A stretch of DNA of 58,368 bases. Source: Nanobdellati archaeon. GTDB lineage: Archaea; Nanobdellota; Nanobdellia; UBA10117. The notes under the pieces are model-generated. The model was given only the letters and a program-made list of their open reading frames with translations. It made no database searches and was not told where the DNA came from. The translations under genes were made by a program, and so were the position numbers. This document shows positions 42,269 through 52,360 of the stretch, piece by piece. Within the stretch, counting starts at the first letter, position 1. Each line of letters begins with the position of its first letter. The DNA lies in the NCBI GenBank assembly GCA_016182015.1, contig JACOYC010000010.1, positions 1-58,368 on the forward strand, read 5' to 3'.

Positions 42269-42472
42269 GTTATTAGCTGGCAGTCTGGGTTTAAAAATTT
42301 TACAGAAGCAGTTTTACCTGCGAATATAACTGCAGGGCCAAAACAGCGAGGAGGGCAAACACAACCAACACACCAAGGCCGGCCGCCAGGGATTTTAATG
42401 CCTTTGACTTAGCAATACCTGCAAACCGCACCATACGTACCTTTGCTTTTCTTCCGGATTTTTCTTTTTCGC

Positions 42473-42664
42473 TTAGCTGCCATTGCCTGCTCCGTTGGGC
42501 TGCATCCTGATCTCCTTAGCCAAATCCTTCACGGTATCATTCCTGCCGGCAAGCACTGCTGAAAAAAGTTTTTTCATCGTGTCATTCTTTAACTGCAGCT
42601 GCTGCCTGGCCAGCTCTTCTTCAGATATTTCCTGCTGGCAATGCGGACATTTAATCGCGGCCAT
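42473..42664 (-). CDS. small protein with single CPHC knuckle
   Basis: 63-aa ORF with no further motif. Confidence 0.35.
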   Translation of the reverse strand: MAAIKCPHCQQEISEEELARQQLQLKNDTMKKLFSAVLAGRNDTVKDLAKEIRMQPNGAGNGS

Positions 42665-42820
42665 TTGCCTCGAATAAAGATGGGTGTTTAAATAGTTTTC
42701 GCGACCGATTAGCTTTTAAACCCACAATAATGCTCTTGCTTAGGTATTAGTAGTAGAAGAGTAGTCGGCAAGCAAGTGACGAGTTCTAAGCCTAATACAC
42801 AATTGAAAGGAGAGTGTAAA

Positions 42821-42982
42821 ATGGCATTCCAGGGAAGAGGCCAAAGAAATTTTGGACCTAGAGAAATGCATCCGGCAAAATGCTCTGAGTGCGGCGCAGA
42901 CTGTGAAGTCCCGTTCGTACCATCAGGCGACAGACCAGTATACTGCCGTGACTGTTTCCAGAAAAGAAAACCAGCACAGTAA
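42821..42982 (+). CDS. CxxC-x17-CxxC zinc-ribbon protein
   Basis: KCSEC-GADCEVPFVPSGDRPVY-CRDC has exactly 17 residues between the two CxxC pairs. A GGAG lies upstream of ATG 42821. Confidence 0.7.
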   Translation: MAFQGRGQRNFGPREMHPAKCSECGADCEVPFVPSGDRPVYCRDCFQKRKPAQ

Positions 42983-43004
42983 GAAAAAGTAAGCTAAACT
43001 AGTT

Positions 43005-43451
43005 TTAATGTTTTTTTCTTTTAAATCTTAATTTTGCAGCATTAAAAACACCCATGGGTGTTGGCTGAAAATATAGGCTGCGCCTATAACGCTCAGCAAG
43101 CCAGCGGACACCATCTACCGGCAGTTTTCCAGTTTGCTCTTTGATAACAGCCAACAGACTAGCGTAAAAATTAGGTTCTAGTGAGTATAGATTAAGCCTG
43201 CTGTCCAAAGCTGCAGGAGATTTTCTGAAAAGCGCATCCCGGTCGCGCGCCGTGCCAGCATACACATAGTGGCTGCTGTTAAACGCTATATCAAACAACT
43301 CTGCAACTGTGTTGGCAAGCACCCTGGACTGTGTCGGCGCATTATTCCGCGTCACGAGAGCAAGCGCGGCATAGCATACTGTGCGTTCAAGGTTTCTATT
43401 CATAAGTCTGGATAAGTGTCGAAAACTTTTAAAACCTATCTGCCCAAGCAA
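43005..43451 (-). CDS. hypothetical protein
   Basis: 148-aa ORF. Confidence 0.4.
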   Translation of the reverse strand: MLGQIGFKSFRHLSRLMNRNLERTVCYAALALVTRNNAPTQSRVLANTVAELFDIAFNSSHYVYAGTARDRDALFRKSPAALDSRLNLYSLEPNFYASLLAVIKEQTGKLPVDGVRWLAERYRRSLYFQPTPMGVFNAAKLRFKRKKH

Positions 43452-43624
43452 ACACGTGCGAATTCGCGACCTTGGACTATTTGTAGCGATTTATTTTTAA
43501 TTTTCATTTGTTTATTTATTCAATCAGTTTATTTCCGCTGCGACGAGACAAAAAGTTAAACCTCGCCAAAGGTTACAAACATTTAAACGCTGCAATTGCA
43601 TGCACTTTTTTGGGTTGGAAGTAA

Positions 43625-44881
43625 ATGCAGAAACTAAAGAGAAGCCTTGGCCTGTTTGAAACCACTTTTTATGGTGTTGGCGTGATAGTGGGCGCAGGCA
43701 TTTACGCACTGATAGGAAAGGCAGCCGGCCTGTCAGGCAACGCAGTCTGGCTCTCATTTATTTTCGGCGCAGTCATCGCTGCCTTTACCGGGCTAAGCTA
43801 TGCGGAGCTAAGCTCGATGTTCCCAAAGGCCGGCGGTGAATATGTTTACGCAGAAAAAGCGTTTAATCGCAGGCTGGCCTTCCTGCTTGGCTGGCTTATT
43901 GTCGTTGGCGGAGTCATAGCCGCAGCAACAATTTCTCTCGGGTTTGCAGGCTACTTCTCGGCCTTGTTTGGCACGCCATTAATACCAATAGCAATCGCAA
44001 TCATTCTCGTTTTATCATTGATAAATTTCTGGGGCATAAAAGAATCCGCCATCGCAAATATTATTGCAACTGTCGTCGAGGTTGGCGGCTTAATAATAAT
44101 ATTAGTTCTCGGCTTAAAATATCTGGGAAGAGTAAATTATTTTGAGTTCACTCCGCAGCTCGGCTTTCCTGGCACTTTGAGCGCGGCCGCACTTATATTT
44201 TTTGCATATCTTGGGTTTGAAGATATCGTGCGCCTGTCAGAAGAGACCAAAAATCCTAAGAAGATAATTCCGCAGGCACTTATACTTTCGGTTATAATTT
44301 CAACTATTTTATATATAGCAGTAGCTGTTGCGGCTGTCTCTGTTGTCGGCTGGCATGCCCTTTCGCAATCAGATGCTCCGCTGGCATTAGTTGCGCAAAC
44401 CGCCCTTGGCCAGAAAGCATTTTTCATTCTGGCAGTAGTAGCCTTGTTCTCTACATTTAATACAATTCTAGTAACATTAATCGCAACATCGCGAATGCTT
44501 TACGGGATGTCTGAGGAGCACGGCCTGCCAAAAATATTTTGTGCAGTCGACAAAAAGCGTTACACGCCGTGGTTTTCAATTATCATTACTTGTTTAGCAG
44601 CCATTACGTTTACATTGCTTGGAAAGATAGAGCTTGTGGCTGGCCTGACAGACTTCGCGCTTTTTGTGACGTTTGCTCTTGTTAATGCGGCGCTCATCTG
44701 GCTCAGGCATAAGCTGCCGAATGCGCCGCGGCCGTTCAGAACCTGGGCCCCGCTAGCCTGGCTCGGCATAATATTCAGCATCGCGATGCTTCTGTACTTA
44801 GATAAAATAGTGATTGCTGGCGGTGTCGCGATGGTGGTGGCTGGCCTGCTGGTGTATGAAGCAATTAAAAAAAGAATGTAA
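43625..44881 (+). CDS. APC-family amino acid permease
   Basis: 418 aa with about 12 TM helices and an N-terminal GVGVIVGAGIYALIG motif. Confidence 0.85.
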   Translation: MQKLKRSLGLFETTFYGVGVIVGAGIYALIGKAAGLSGNAVWLSFIFGAVIAAFTGLSYAELSSMFPKAGGEYVYAEKAFNRRLAFLLGWLIVVGGVIAAATISLGFAGYFSALFGTPLIPIAIAIILVLSLINFWGIKESAIANIIATVVEVGGLIIILVLGLKYLGRVNYFEFTPQLGFPGTLSAAALIFFAYLGFEDIVRLSEETKNPKKIIPQALILSVIISTILYIAVAVAAVSVVGWHALSQSDAPLALVAQTALGQKAFFILAVVALFSTFNTILVTLIATSRMLYGMSEEHGLPKIFCAVDKKRYTPWFSIIITCLAAITFTLLGKIELVAGLTDFALFVTFALVNAALIWLRHKLPNAPRPFRTWAPLAWLGIIFSIAMLLYLDKIVIAGGVAMVVAGLLVYEAIKKRM

Positions 44882-44887
44882 TCAAAC

Positions 44888-45078
44888 ATAACTCAAAATC
44901 GCTGCTCGCACCTTATCCACGGACTAATGTCGAAAAATATTTTAATTTTTCGAGCACCTCGAAAATGCTTACGCATTTTCGTTGAGTTCGAACAAAGTTC
45001 GACTGGTCAGCCAAAACTCATTTTGGCTGAATGGAAAAATGCGGCTTAAAAGCCGGGGTTTTAGACCCGCATTTTTCC
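44888..45078 (+). repeat. mosaic hairpin element, copy E (five nested or serial hairpins)
   Basis: Bases 44888-44986 are identical to 58270-58368. The remainder aligns with the reverse complement of copy D. Confidence 0.9.
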
Positions 45079-45116
45079 ATAATAAACTTAATAAGGCAAT
45101 TTAGATAAAACCAATC

Positions 45117-47183
45117 ATGGCTACTGATCCAGTATGCGGAATGAATGTAAATGAAAAAACCTCAACAATAACAAAAGTTTCTGATGGTATAAAATATTAT
45201 TTCTGCTCATCTAATTGTCTGGTTACTTTTGAAGCACCAGAAAGAGAGTTTAAGAATTTAAAAACCACTTTGATTATTTCTGGTGTTTTGACTGTAATTG
45301 TTCTGGCGCTGGCGTTTGTCCCACACCAGCACTTTTTGTATGAGCACTACGTCCTGCTCGCCCTAGCAACAGTTGTGCAGTTTTACGGCGGCTGGCGATA
45401 CTACCGCGGCGCGTTTGATGCTGCAAAAGCAAAGACTGCAAACATGGACACGCTAATTGCGATCGGCACTAGCGCAGCTTGGGGCTACAGCGCGGCAGCG
45501 GTTTTCCTGCCAAATGTTTTAACTGGTGGATTATATTTTGATACATCAACTGCAATTATCACATTAATTTTGCTTGGAAAATTCTTTGAAGAGATTGCTA
45601 AGGGGCGCGCATCGCTTGCGCTGAAAGAACTTTTGGACCTTGCGCCGAAAACTGCAATCGTGATACGGGATGGACAAGACGTTGAGATTCCAATTTCTGA
45701 AATTAAAGTTGGGGATGTCTGCATAATCAAACCGGGGGAGAAAATTCCCGCAGATGGAATGATTATGTCTGGCCACTCATCTATTGATGAATCCCTCGTG
45801 ACTGGAGAGTCGCTGCCTGTTTCAAAATCAATAGGTGATCATGTGATAGGAAGCACGATAAACAAGTCTGGCCTGCTAAAAATCAAAGCAACAAAGGTCG
45901 GCAAGGACACTGTTCTTGCGCAGATTATCGATCTTGTGAGTAAGGCGCAGCTTTCAAAAGTGCCAGTACAAAAACTAGCGGATCAAATTTCATCTTACTT
46001 TGTTCCTGTTGTGATAATGATTGCGATTCTTTCTAGCGCCATTTGGATTTATGCCGGACAGGATTATATTTTTGCGATGACTATCGCTATCGCTGTCCTG
46101 ATAATTGCCTGCCCGTGTGCCCTTGGCTTGGCCACGCCGACCGCGCTTCTGCTTGGAACGAGCAAAGGCGCAGAGAACGGAATTTTAATCAGAAATGGCG
46201 AGGCGCTGGAACGTTCATCAAAAGTTGACACTGTTGTTTTTGATAAAACAGGAACCTTGACTGAGGGCAAGCCCAAGGTGACTGGCCTGCATTTTCTGCA
46301 GATTGAGAAGCCACTGTTCCTGAAGTACGCTGCAATTGCGGAGAAAGGCTCAGAGCACCCGCTGGCAAGAGCGATTGTTGATTATGCAAACGTCCGTGTA
46401 GAAAAAATAAAAGAAGCCGCAGCATATGAAACAATTCCCGGAAAAGGCATAAAAGCAAAATACCTGAACGGCACAATTCTTGTTGGCAACCGTGCTTTAA
46501 TGAACGACGAAAACATTTTGCTCGGCGATCACAGCATCGGCATACATAACCTTGAACTCCGGGGCGAGACTATAGTGATTGTTGCGCACAACAAAAAATT
46601 CATTGGCGCGATCTCAATTGCGGATGTTGTAAAACAAAATGCAAAAAAAGCTGTTGACTTACTTGGCCAAAAAGGAATAGAAGTTTATATGATTACTGGA
46701 GACAACGAGCGCGTGGCTGAGCACATTGCTGGCCAGCTTGGGATCACAAAAATATTCGCGCGTGTTCTTCCGCAGGACAAGGAGAAGAAAGTTGCTTTGT
46801 TGCAGAAAGAAGGAAAGATTGTCGCTGCAGTCGGTGACGGAATAAACGACGCGCCGATGCTTGCAAAGGCAGATGTTGGGATTGCGCTTGGCTCTGGCAC
46901 AGATGTTGCCAAGGAAACCGGCGGAATTGTTTTGATTAAGAATGATCCGCTGGATGTTGTTAAATCATTGAAGCTTGGCAGATATTCTATTGGTAAAATT
47001 AAACAAAATCTTTTCTGGGCGTTCGCCTATAACGTAGCCGCAATCCCGATCGCGGCCGGCATCTTGTATCCGTTCTTCGGTTTCCTGCTATCGCCGACAA
47101 TCGCAGCGTTTGCGATGGCGTTTAGTTCTGTGACTGTGGTGGGGAATTCGCTGTTGATGAAAAGGTTTGAGCTAAATTCTTAA
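45117..47183 (+). CDS. copA: copper-translocating P1B-type ATPase with N-terminal TRASH/YHS domain
   Basis: DPVCGMNV...YYFCSSNC (TRASH), TGES, CPC (IIACPCALG), DKTGTLT and GDGINDAP. Confidence 0.95.
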   Translation: MATDPVCGMNVNEKTSTITKVSDGIKYYFCSSNCLVTFEAPEREFKNLKTTLIISGVLTVIVLALAFVPHQHFLYEHYVLLALATVVQFYGGWRYYRGAFDAAKAKTANMDTLIAIGTSAAWGYSAAAVFLPNVLTGGLYFDTSTAIITLILLGKFFEEIAKGRASLALKELLDLAPKTAIVIRDGQDVEIPISEIKVGDVCIIKPGEKIPADGMIMSGHSSIDESLVTGESLPVSKSIGDHVIGSTINKSGLLKIKATKVGKDTVLAQIIDLVSKAQLSKVPVQKLADQISSYFVPVVIMIAILSSAIWIYAGQDYIFAMTIAIAVLIIACPCALGLATPTALLLGTSKGAENGILIRNGEALERSSKVDTVVFDKTGTLTEGKPKVTGLHFLQIEKPLFLKYAAIAEKGSEHPLARAIVDYANVRVEKIKEAAAYETIPGKGIKAKYLNGTILVGNRALMNDENILLGDHSIGIHNLELRGETIVIVAHNKKFIGAISIADVVKQNAKKAVDLLGQKGIEVYMITGDNERVAEHIAGQLGITKIFARVLPQDKEKKVALLQKEGKIVAAVGDGINDAPMLAKADVGIALGSGTDVAKETGGIVLIKNDPLDVVKSLKLGRYSIGKIKQNLFWAFAYNVAAIPIAAGILYPFFGFLLSPTIAAFAMAFSSVTVVGNSLLMKRFELNS

Positions 47184-48176
47184 TTTGCGCGCTTTAAGTG
47201 ATATCGCCGCGATTATCTGGCGCAAGGCTTCCGCTTCGAGCGGCTTTTTATCGCTAGAATTAACAATAGTTTGCAATCGCGATCTTGCTAAATCTGCGGT
47301 GCGCCTAATGTGGTTGGGCTGTATGCCTGCATTATATATCGCTCGCTCTGTAAGCATGCCACCTAAAATATAATTTATCGCACAACTTAATTTTGCATCA
47401 GCAATGTTCGGCAGGCGACGCTCTTTTGAAAGTTTCTTCATCAAAGCCCTAATGCGGGTTGTATCTTCTCCGGGGAACTGTGCCGCTATTTGTGCATCAG
47501 TTAGAAGTACGGCGTGATTATTATTTTGAGATAATTGTCTTTCGAGGTCTATAAGTTTTCTTCTATAAGTTGTGGTCTTTGTGTCTGAGCCGCGTCCGGC
47601 CGATTTTAATCCCATCTGTTCTACTATGCGGTACATTGTTGTTTTTTTAACATTAAAATATATTGCCAGCTCGCCAACAGTGGGTGGTATACCATATTCT
47701 TTAGTTAAAGAAGCATATTTCTCGCGTATTTCACGTTTTATATCAGTAAGATGTTCTTTTGTGGCAACAGCCTGACTTACTGCAAACACCGGAGTTTTGC
47801 CATATTTTTTTGTTAATTTTTCAGCTATAACTGGTGCATACTTAGCTATGCGTCCAGAATTCTCGCACAGCAGGTCTGCAAGCTGGGCCCGCGTTAAAGA
47901 AAATACATCATCGCAATCTTCAGCTATCAGCAACTCGATATTTTGCAGTAAGCGCTCAAGTATGACCTCCTTTCTTCCAGAAATTAAGCCAAGACTGGCC
48001 AGCGTGCGCACATCGCGGTCGAATGTCTTTATGTTTTTATAATTCGGGTGAATATTTTGTTTCTCCACGCGCGAAATTTCATACAGTGTTCTTCCCGAAC
48101 TATCGAGCGCGAGTGAATAAGCTAAAAGTGAGTCTAGTCTTTTTTCATATTTCTCAACTATCTCGCTGTGAGTCAT
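47172..48176 (-). CDS. hypothetical multi-HTH protein
   Basis: Start set at [10 protein letters not shown]. Contains the HTH-like segment [23 protein letters not shown]. Confidence 0.5.
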   Translation of the reverse strand: MTHSEIVEKYEKRLDSLLAYSLALDSSGRTLYEISRVEKQNIHPNYKNIKTFDRDVRTLASLGLISGRKEVILERLLQNIELLIAEDCDDVFSLTRAQLADLLCENSGRIAKYAPVIAEKLTKKYGKTPVFAVSQAVATKEHLTDIKREIREKYASLTKEYGIPPTVGELAIYFNVKKTTMYRIVEQMGLKSAGRGSDTKTTTYRRKLIDLERQLSQNNNHAVLLTDAQIAAQFPGEDTTRIRALMKKLSKERRLPNIADAKLSCAINYILGGMLTERAIYNAGIQPNHIRRTADLARSRLQTIVNSSDKKPLEAEALRQIIAAISLKARKLRI

Positions 48177-48457
48177 GCCAATTCTACGAGGGAAAAGGCT
48201 TAAATACTTGATTACATAAGCAGTAAAATAAACTTCAAGGAGGTGTGTAATGGCAAGAAAGGCTTTTGGGGGAATGACGGTGTCATTTGCAAAGTGCGAC
48301 TGCGCTGGCAGCGACATTTTTGGCTCCGGCGCGATTGCGCCCAGCGAGATGACAAAGAGGCTCTGGAAACACGTCAAGAACGCGCACGGCGGACACATGA
48401 TGCGAAAATAGAACTTTTAATGTCCAAACTATTTGTTTAATTTTTTTAAAATTTGTT

Positions 48458-48589
48458 TTACTTATTCTGCTGGCATCTTGCACCGCAGCTTCCGTCACAG
48501 ATGCAGCCAAAGCGCCACAAACATTTGCGCTGGCCTGCCTGCTGTTTGTAATCCAAAAGAGATGTGGAATTTTGTTTATAATCCGCCAT
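48458..48589 (-). CDS. small Cys-rich peptide (43 aa)
   Basis: Hand-translated MADYKQNSTSLLDYKQQAGQRKCLWRFGCICDGSCGARCQQNK. Starts 5 nt after the A-type carrier gene's stop. Confidence 0.3.
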   Translation of the reverse strand: MADYKQNSTSLLDYKQQAGQRKCLWRFGCICDGSCGARCQQNK

Positions 48590-48594
48590 TTTAA

Positions 48595-48972
48595 TCAGCC
48601 AAACGAATGTCCGCAGCCGCAGCCCTTGGTTGCATTAGGGTTGTCAACAACTAAGCCAGAGCCTTGGATTGTTTCAGCGTAATTTATTTTACTGCCTTTT
48701 AGCATCGGCAGGTGGAACTTGCTTACTAAGATATTCAGGCCCTTGAAATCAAAGACTAAGTCGTCCTTGCCGGCTGCGCTCTCGACCGCGAAATCGTAGG
48801 AGAAGCCTGCACATCCGCCCGGCAGGACAGCAACACGCAGATATTTTCCGTTCTCTTTCTGCATAAAAAATTTTACTTTTTCAATCGCAAAGTTTGTCAG
48901 CTCGATACCAGATGATTCTGACTTCCGCGGCGTCACTTCGGTTACAGTACCAGTTCCTTCACATGCTACCAT
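48595..48972 (-). CDS. A-type Fe-S carrier (IscA/SufA/ErpA family)
   Basis: GGCAGFSY and a C-terminal CGCGHSF motif. Confidence 0.9.
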   Translation of the reverse strand: MVACEGTGTVTEVTPRKSESSGIELTNFAIEKVKFFMQKENGKYLRVAVLPGGCAGFSYDFAVESAAGKDDLVFDFKGLNILVSKFHLPMLKGSKINYAETIQGSGLVVDNPNATKGCGCGHSFG

Positions 48973-48976
48973 ATCA

Positions 48977-49381
48977 TTATTTACGCGGTTGGGATTTTAA
49001 AGCTTTCTGAGGCTGATATAATGCGTATTTTGGACCCAGCGATTCGATGGCATTTGCAAGCATGGCGTGTATTAAGCTAATAGGTTTTTTATTAGGTCCG
49101 ATTATTAAGCTACGCATAACTTCCTCGAGACCGGGCGACTGTTTGATGCGTTCAAATACAATAGTTTCAATGGTGTACGTTTTGTGGTTGTCAACAGTTC
49201 TGGCTGTACAAAAAATATTGCTTGCAGTTAAAATTTGTGCAAGCCTTGGCGTATCTATATATGTGGAAAGTGCGCCTACGCCACTCAATTCATAAATATA
49301 TGTACCTGCTGGCAAAGGCGTATTGTGACGATAAACTGCAACGCAGGCACACGCTGATTCTACTTTTAGTGCTATGTACAT
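48977..49381 (-). CDS. hypothetical protein
   Basis: 134-aa ORF immediately upstream of the Fe-S carrier gene. Confidence 0.45.
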   Translation of the reverse strand: MYIALKVESACACVAVYRHNTPLPAGTYIYELSGVGALSTYIDTPRLAQILTASNIFCTARTVDNHKTYTIETIVFERIKQSPGLEEVMRSLIIGPNKKPISLIHAMLANAIESLGPKYALYQPQKALKSQPRK

Positions 49382-49436
49382 AGTTATAGTAAGCGGTCAG
49401 ACAAACATTTTAAATCCCTTTCGCACCACATATTAT

Positions 49437-49988
49437 ATGGCCTTGTTTACGGTCTGGGAGATTGCACAGATCGCAATTACAATTGTAGTAGTCGGCTTTA
49501 TTTTTTCATCATATATTAGGAAACCGCGGACAGAACTTGAAGATTACTTAGCAACAAATATCTGGGAAGATATAAAATACGCGGCAATCGTTGCCGCGCC
49601 CGCAGTCATACTGCACGAGCTGATGCATAAATTTGTTGCGCTTGGCTATGGCTTCTCGGCGCACTATGTTGCCTCGTGGTGGGGTCTTGCGATTGGCGCA
49701 TTCCTTAAAATAATAGGTTCTGGGTTTGTGTTCTTCCTGCCAGGTTATGTTTCGATAAGCGGATTTGGGACGCCGTTACAATTCGGCCTGACCGCGCTGG
49801 CAGGCCCGCTTACAAACCTCATTCTGTTTTTAGTCTCGTGGTTTGTTGTCGAGAGAAATCTTATGCCAAAATATTCGCATTTATGGGCAACAAGCAAGCA
49901 GATAAACCTCTGGCTGTTCGTGTTCAACATGCTGCCAATACCTGGGCTGGACGGGTTAACTTTTTATTTGGGTTTGCTAAGCATTTAG
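49437..49988 (+). CDS. M50/site-2-protease-like membrane metalloprotease
   Basis: HELMHKF (HExxH) and FNMLPIPGLDG (NxxPxxxLDG). Confidence 0.75.
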   Translation: MALFTVWEIAQIAITIVVVGFIFSSYIRKPRTELEDYLATNIWEDIKYAAIVAAPAVILHELMHKFVALGYGFSAHYVASWWGLAIGAFLKIIGSGFVFFLPGYVSISGFGTPLQFGLTALAGPLTNLILFLVSWFVVERNLMPKYSHLWATSKQINLWLFVFNMLPIPGLDGLTFYLGLLSI

Positions 49989-51517
49989 AATGGATACGGA
50001 TACTGCTGTATTGGTATTTGTTCGCATTTGTTATTATTGCACTGCTGGCCCTGCGGGCATTGTATTATGTTAAACGTGCACGCACTACCTGAACAAAAAT
50101 ATTCCGCCACGCTGCTCGTGCTAAAACAAGTGTCATAATAATTATTTCCGCCCGAGCTGCACGAGCCTTCAGTTGACGTGTCAATGCCATTATCAGTGTC
50201 TGTGCAAAATTGTACTAGCCCTCCGCCACCCGCTGGAGGCGGTGGTATTGGCCTACATGCCCCGCTGTCGCAGAACTGGCCCTGCGGGCACGATGATTGT
50301 GTTTCCAGACAGGCACCAGCATCGCTGCACGAGTACTCAAATAATATGCTATTGCTGGTCTGGCTTTGTGCGCACGTATCAGTAAATGTGCCTGCCAGAG
50401 CTGTACACGTGCCTTGTGTTCCTAAAATGTATCCGCCATCAGTATCTGTACATTTCGAAATGCATCTGCCGCCCTCGCATCTTTCATTTGCTGCGCAAAA
50501 TATTGGCTCGCTGCTGCATTGATTATTAATACACAAATATTCTTCGACTATATTATTTGTGCCGCACTTATCCGCATAGGAAAAATAATCTTCTGTGCAT
50601 GTGCCCTGCCTGTGCGTATCTTTTCCTAGATCTGAGTCTATGCAAAATGTACTCTCTTTTTTAACACAGGTGTTGTAAAACGGTGATTGCAGATTTGTTT
50701 CTTTCTGGTAGCCTGCCTGGCATGTAAAATCACACTCGCCATTTGTGCACATTATTTTACCGCCATTTTCTGGCAGGTAATTACATTTAGAGTTGCATGC
50801 CCCGCAGTTATTTGCATCGTTTTGGATGTTTGTGCAAAAGCCGCCACAAATTGTCTGGCCTGCCTGACACTTGTCAGCCTGACAGGCCCAGCAAAATTTC
50901 GGCGTTCCGCCTTCAAAACCACAGCCATTAGACTGCTGCGCGCAGCCTTTTACCGCAGCGTCCTGCGCAGTCAAGCAATTCGGCGCCTGGACTGGGCAAA
51001 CTTCTTTTGGCAGAACGCAGGCGCCATTAACGCAGGCAGTGCCCTGCGGACAGAATAAAAGATTTTGCTGGCAAGCGTTGCTAACACACTGGAATTCTAT
51101 CAGTGCATTTCCCTGACAGGCATCTGTTCTTGCGCCGGAAGCATCTATACAATTTCCCTGCATGTTCTTGTTTAATCCGTTATCAGAATCTGTGCATTGT
51201 GCCTGCTGTGGTGGAGGTAGTGGCTGGCCGCCGCCCTGCTGGCCCTGGCCTTGTGATTGTCCAGTTCCCTGGTCTTGCTGGCTACTGCCACCGCCAGACT
51301 GCGTTTGCGTTGGTGTGGCATAACCACTCTCGGACGTCTGTTGTTGCTGCGGCTTTGCCCCAATCTGCTGCGATGGCCCGTAAATTATATCTTTTTTAAA
51401 AAACTGCGTGCCTTCATTTTTCTGTGAAATATAAACCGCAGTGCCTGCCGTAGCAGTAATCAATGCCAAAATCAAAAAGGTTGCGTATCTCTTTTTAGTC
51501 ACCTCTGAAATGGCCAT
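49985..51517 (-). CDS. secreted modular Cys-rich protein
   Basis: N-terminal TM/signal, Gln/Gly-rich linker, four ~60-aa C(T/I)D(S/T)D-type Cys modules and a central Cys-dense region. Confidence 0.75.
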   Translation of the reverse strand: MAISEVTKKRYATFLILALITATAGTAVYISQKNEGTQFFKKDIIYGPSQQIGAKPQQQQTSESGYATPTQTQSGGGSSQQDQGTGQSQGQGQQGGGQPLPPPQQAQCTDSDNGLNKNMQGNCIDASGARTDACQGNALIEFQCVSNACQQNLLFCPQGTACVNGACVLPKEVCPVQAPNCLTAQDAAVKGCAQQSNGCGFEGGTPKFCWACQADKCQAGQTICGGFCTNIQNDANNCGACNSKCNYLPENGGKIMCTNGECDFTCQAGYQKETNLQSPFYNTCVKKESTFCIDSDLGKDTHRQGTCTEDYFSYADKCGTNNIVEEYLCINNQCSSEPIFCAANERCEGGRCISKCTDTDGGYILGTQGTCTALAGTFTDTCAQSQTSNSILFEYSCSDAGACLETQSSCPQGQFCDSGACRPIPPPPAGGGGLVQFCTDTDNGIDTSTEGSCSSGGNNYYDTCFSTSSVAEYFCSGSACTFNIIQCPQGQQCNNNKCEQIPIQQYPYPF

Positions 51518-51551
51518 ATAAATTAATATGCTTTGGGCTTTTTAAATTTAG

Positions 51552-52217
51552 CTAAGAGTAATCAATCAGTATCTTCTGCTTGTCCTGCAGCACAAGGTTC
51601 TCAGGGTCTTCCACAGGCTTACCGTCCACACTCACTTTCAGCGAATTAGTTTGATTATTGTTGCAGCCGCTTGTGCCTTGGTAGTTTAGTATTCCATTAT
51701 TGCTGAATTTTATGTTTAGTCCCTTGAAGGCGTTTGCCAGCGTGATTGCCTTCCTTGTTGGCGGTGGGCTCTCGATGTGGAACCATGGCTCGCCCTCATG
51801 CACGTGCATCACGTGCGGGCCGGCCATGCCATTGACAAACTTCACGCCAACCATGTTGAGTATCTGCAGGAATGTTTTATCCTCGCCGCACAGCTTGAAG
51901 CTTGGGTAGGCATGCCAGTGCAGGTTCGGGTTGGTGCCAAATGGGAATGACTCTGTCCAGTAATTTGCTGGCTGGCCTTCCGGAACAGATGGCGCTGTTG
52001 TGGCCTGCTGCGGCGTGCTCGGCTTAAGAATAACAAACGCCGCGATCGCAATTATAATAACAACGAGAACTGGAACGTACCAGGGTATTTTGATTGCTGC
52101 CCTCGACTGCGAGCCTTGTGTGGCAGGCTGGCCACCAGAATGCGCGGCCTCGCTGTGCTGCTTCATTGATTCGTATGTGTCGAATTCCTTCTCGCAGGAG
52201 TCGCATTTGTGGGACAT
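51552..52217 (-). CDS. C2H2 zinc finger - TM - His-rich extracytoplasmic domain protein
   Basis: N-terminal CDSCEKEFDTYESMKQHSEAAH, one TM helix, then LHWHA...CG...HVMHVHEGEPWFHIES, paralogous to 41528..42268. Confidence 0.65.
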   Translation of the reverse strand: MSHKCDSCEKEFDTYESMKQHSEAAHSGGQPATQGSQSRAAIKIPWYVPVLVVIIIAIAAFVILKPSTPQQATTAPSVPEGQPANYWTESFPFGTNPNLHWHAYPSFKLCGEDKTFLQILNMVGVKFVNGMAGPHVMHVHEGEPWFHIESPPPTRKAITLANAFKGLNIKFSNNGILNYQGTSGCNNNQTNSLKVSVDGKPVEDPENLVLQDKQKILIDYS

Positions 52218-52360
52218 AGTAAGGTGGCTAGAGTAAGGTTATTAAAGTTTTCTGCGGAGTAATAAATATGAACCGCCTGCTCCGCTATGCCAGCTATACC
52301 ATCGCATTTCTGTTTGGCCTGAGCCTGGGGTATTTTGTGTTTGGGACGCTAAAATAGCAG

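Noticed and set aside
42690-42820. Possible structured leader or riboswitch upstream of the CxxC-x17-CxxC gene (GCTTAG...CTAAGC stem enclosing ~40 nt).
   Set aside because: There is only one 6-bp stem, no recognisable riboswitch core, and no covariation evidence available.
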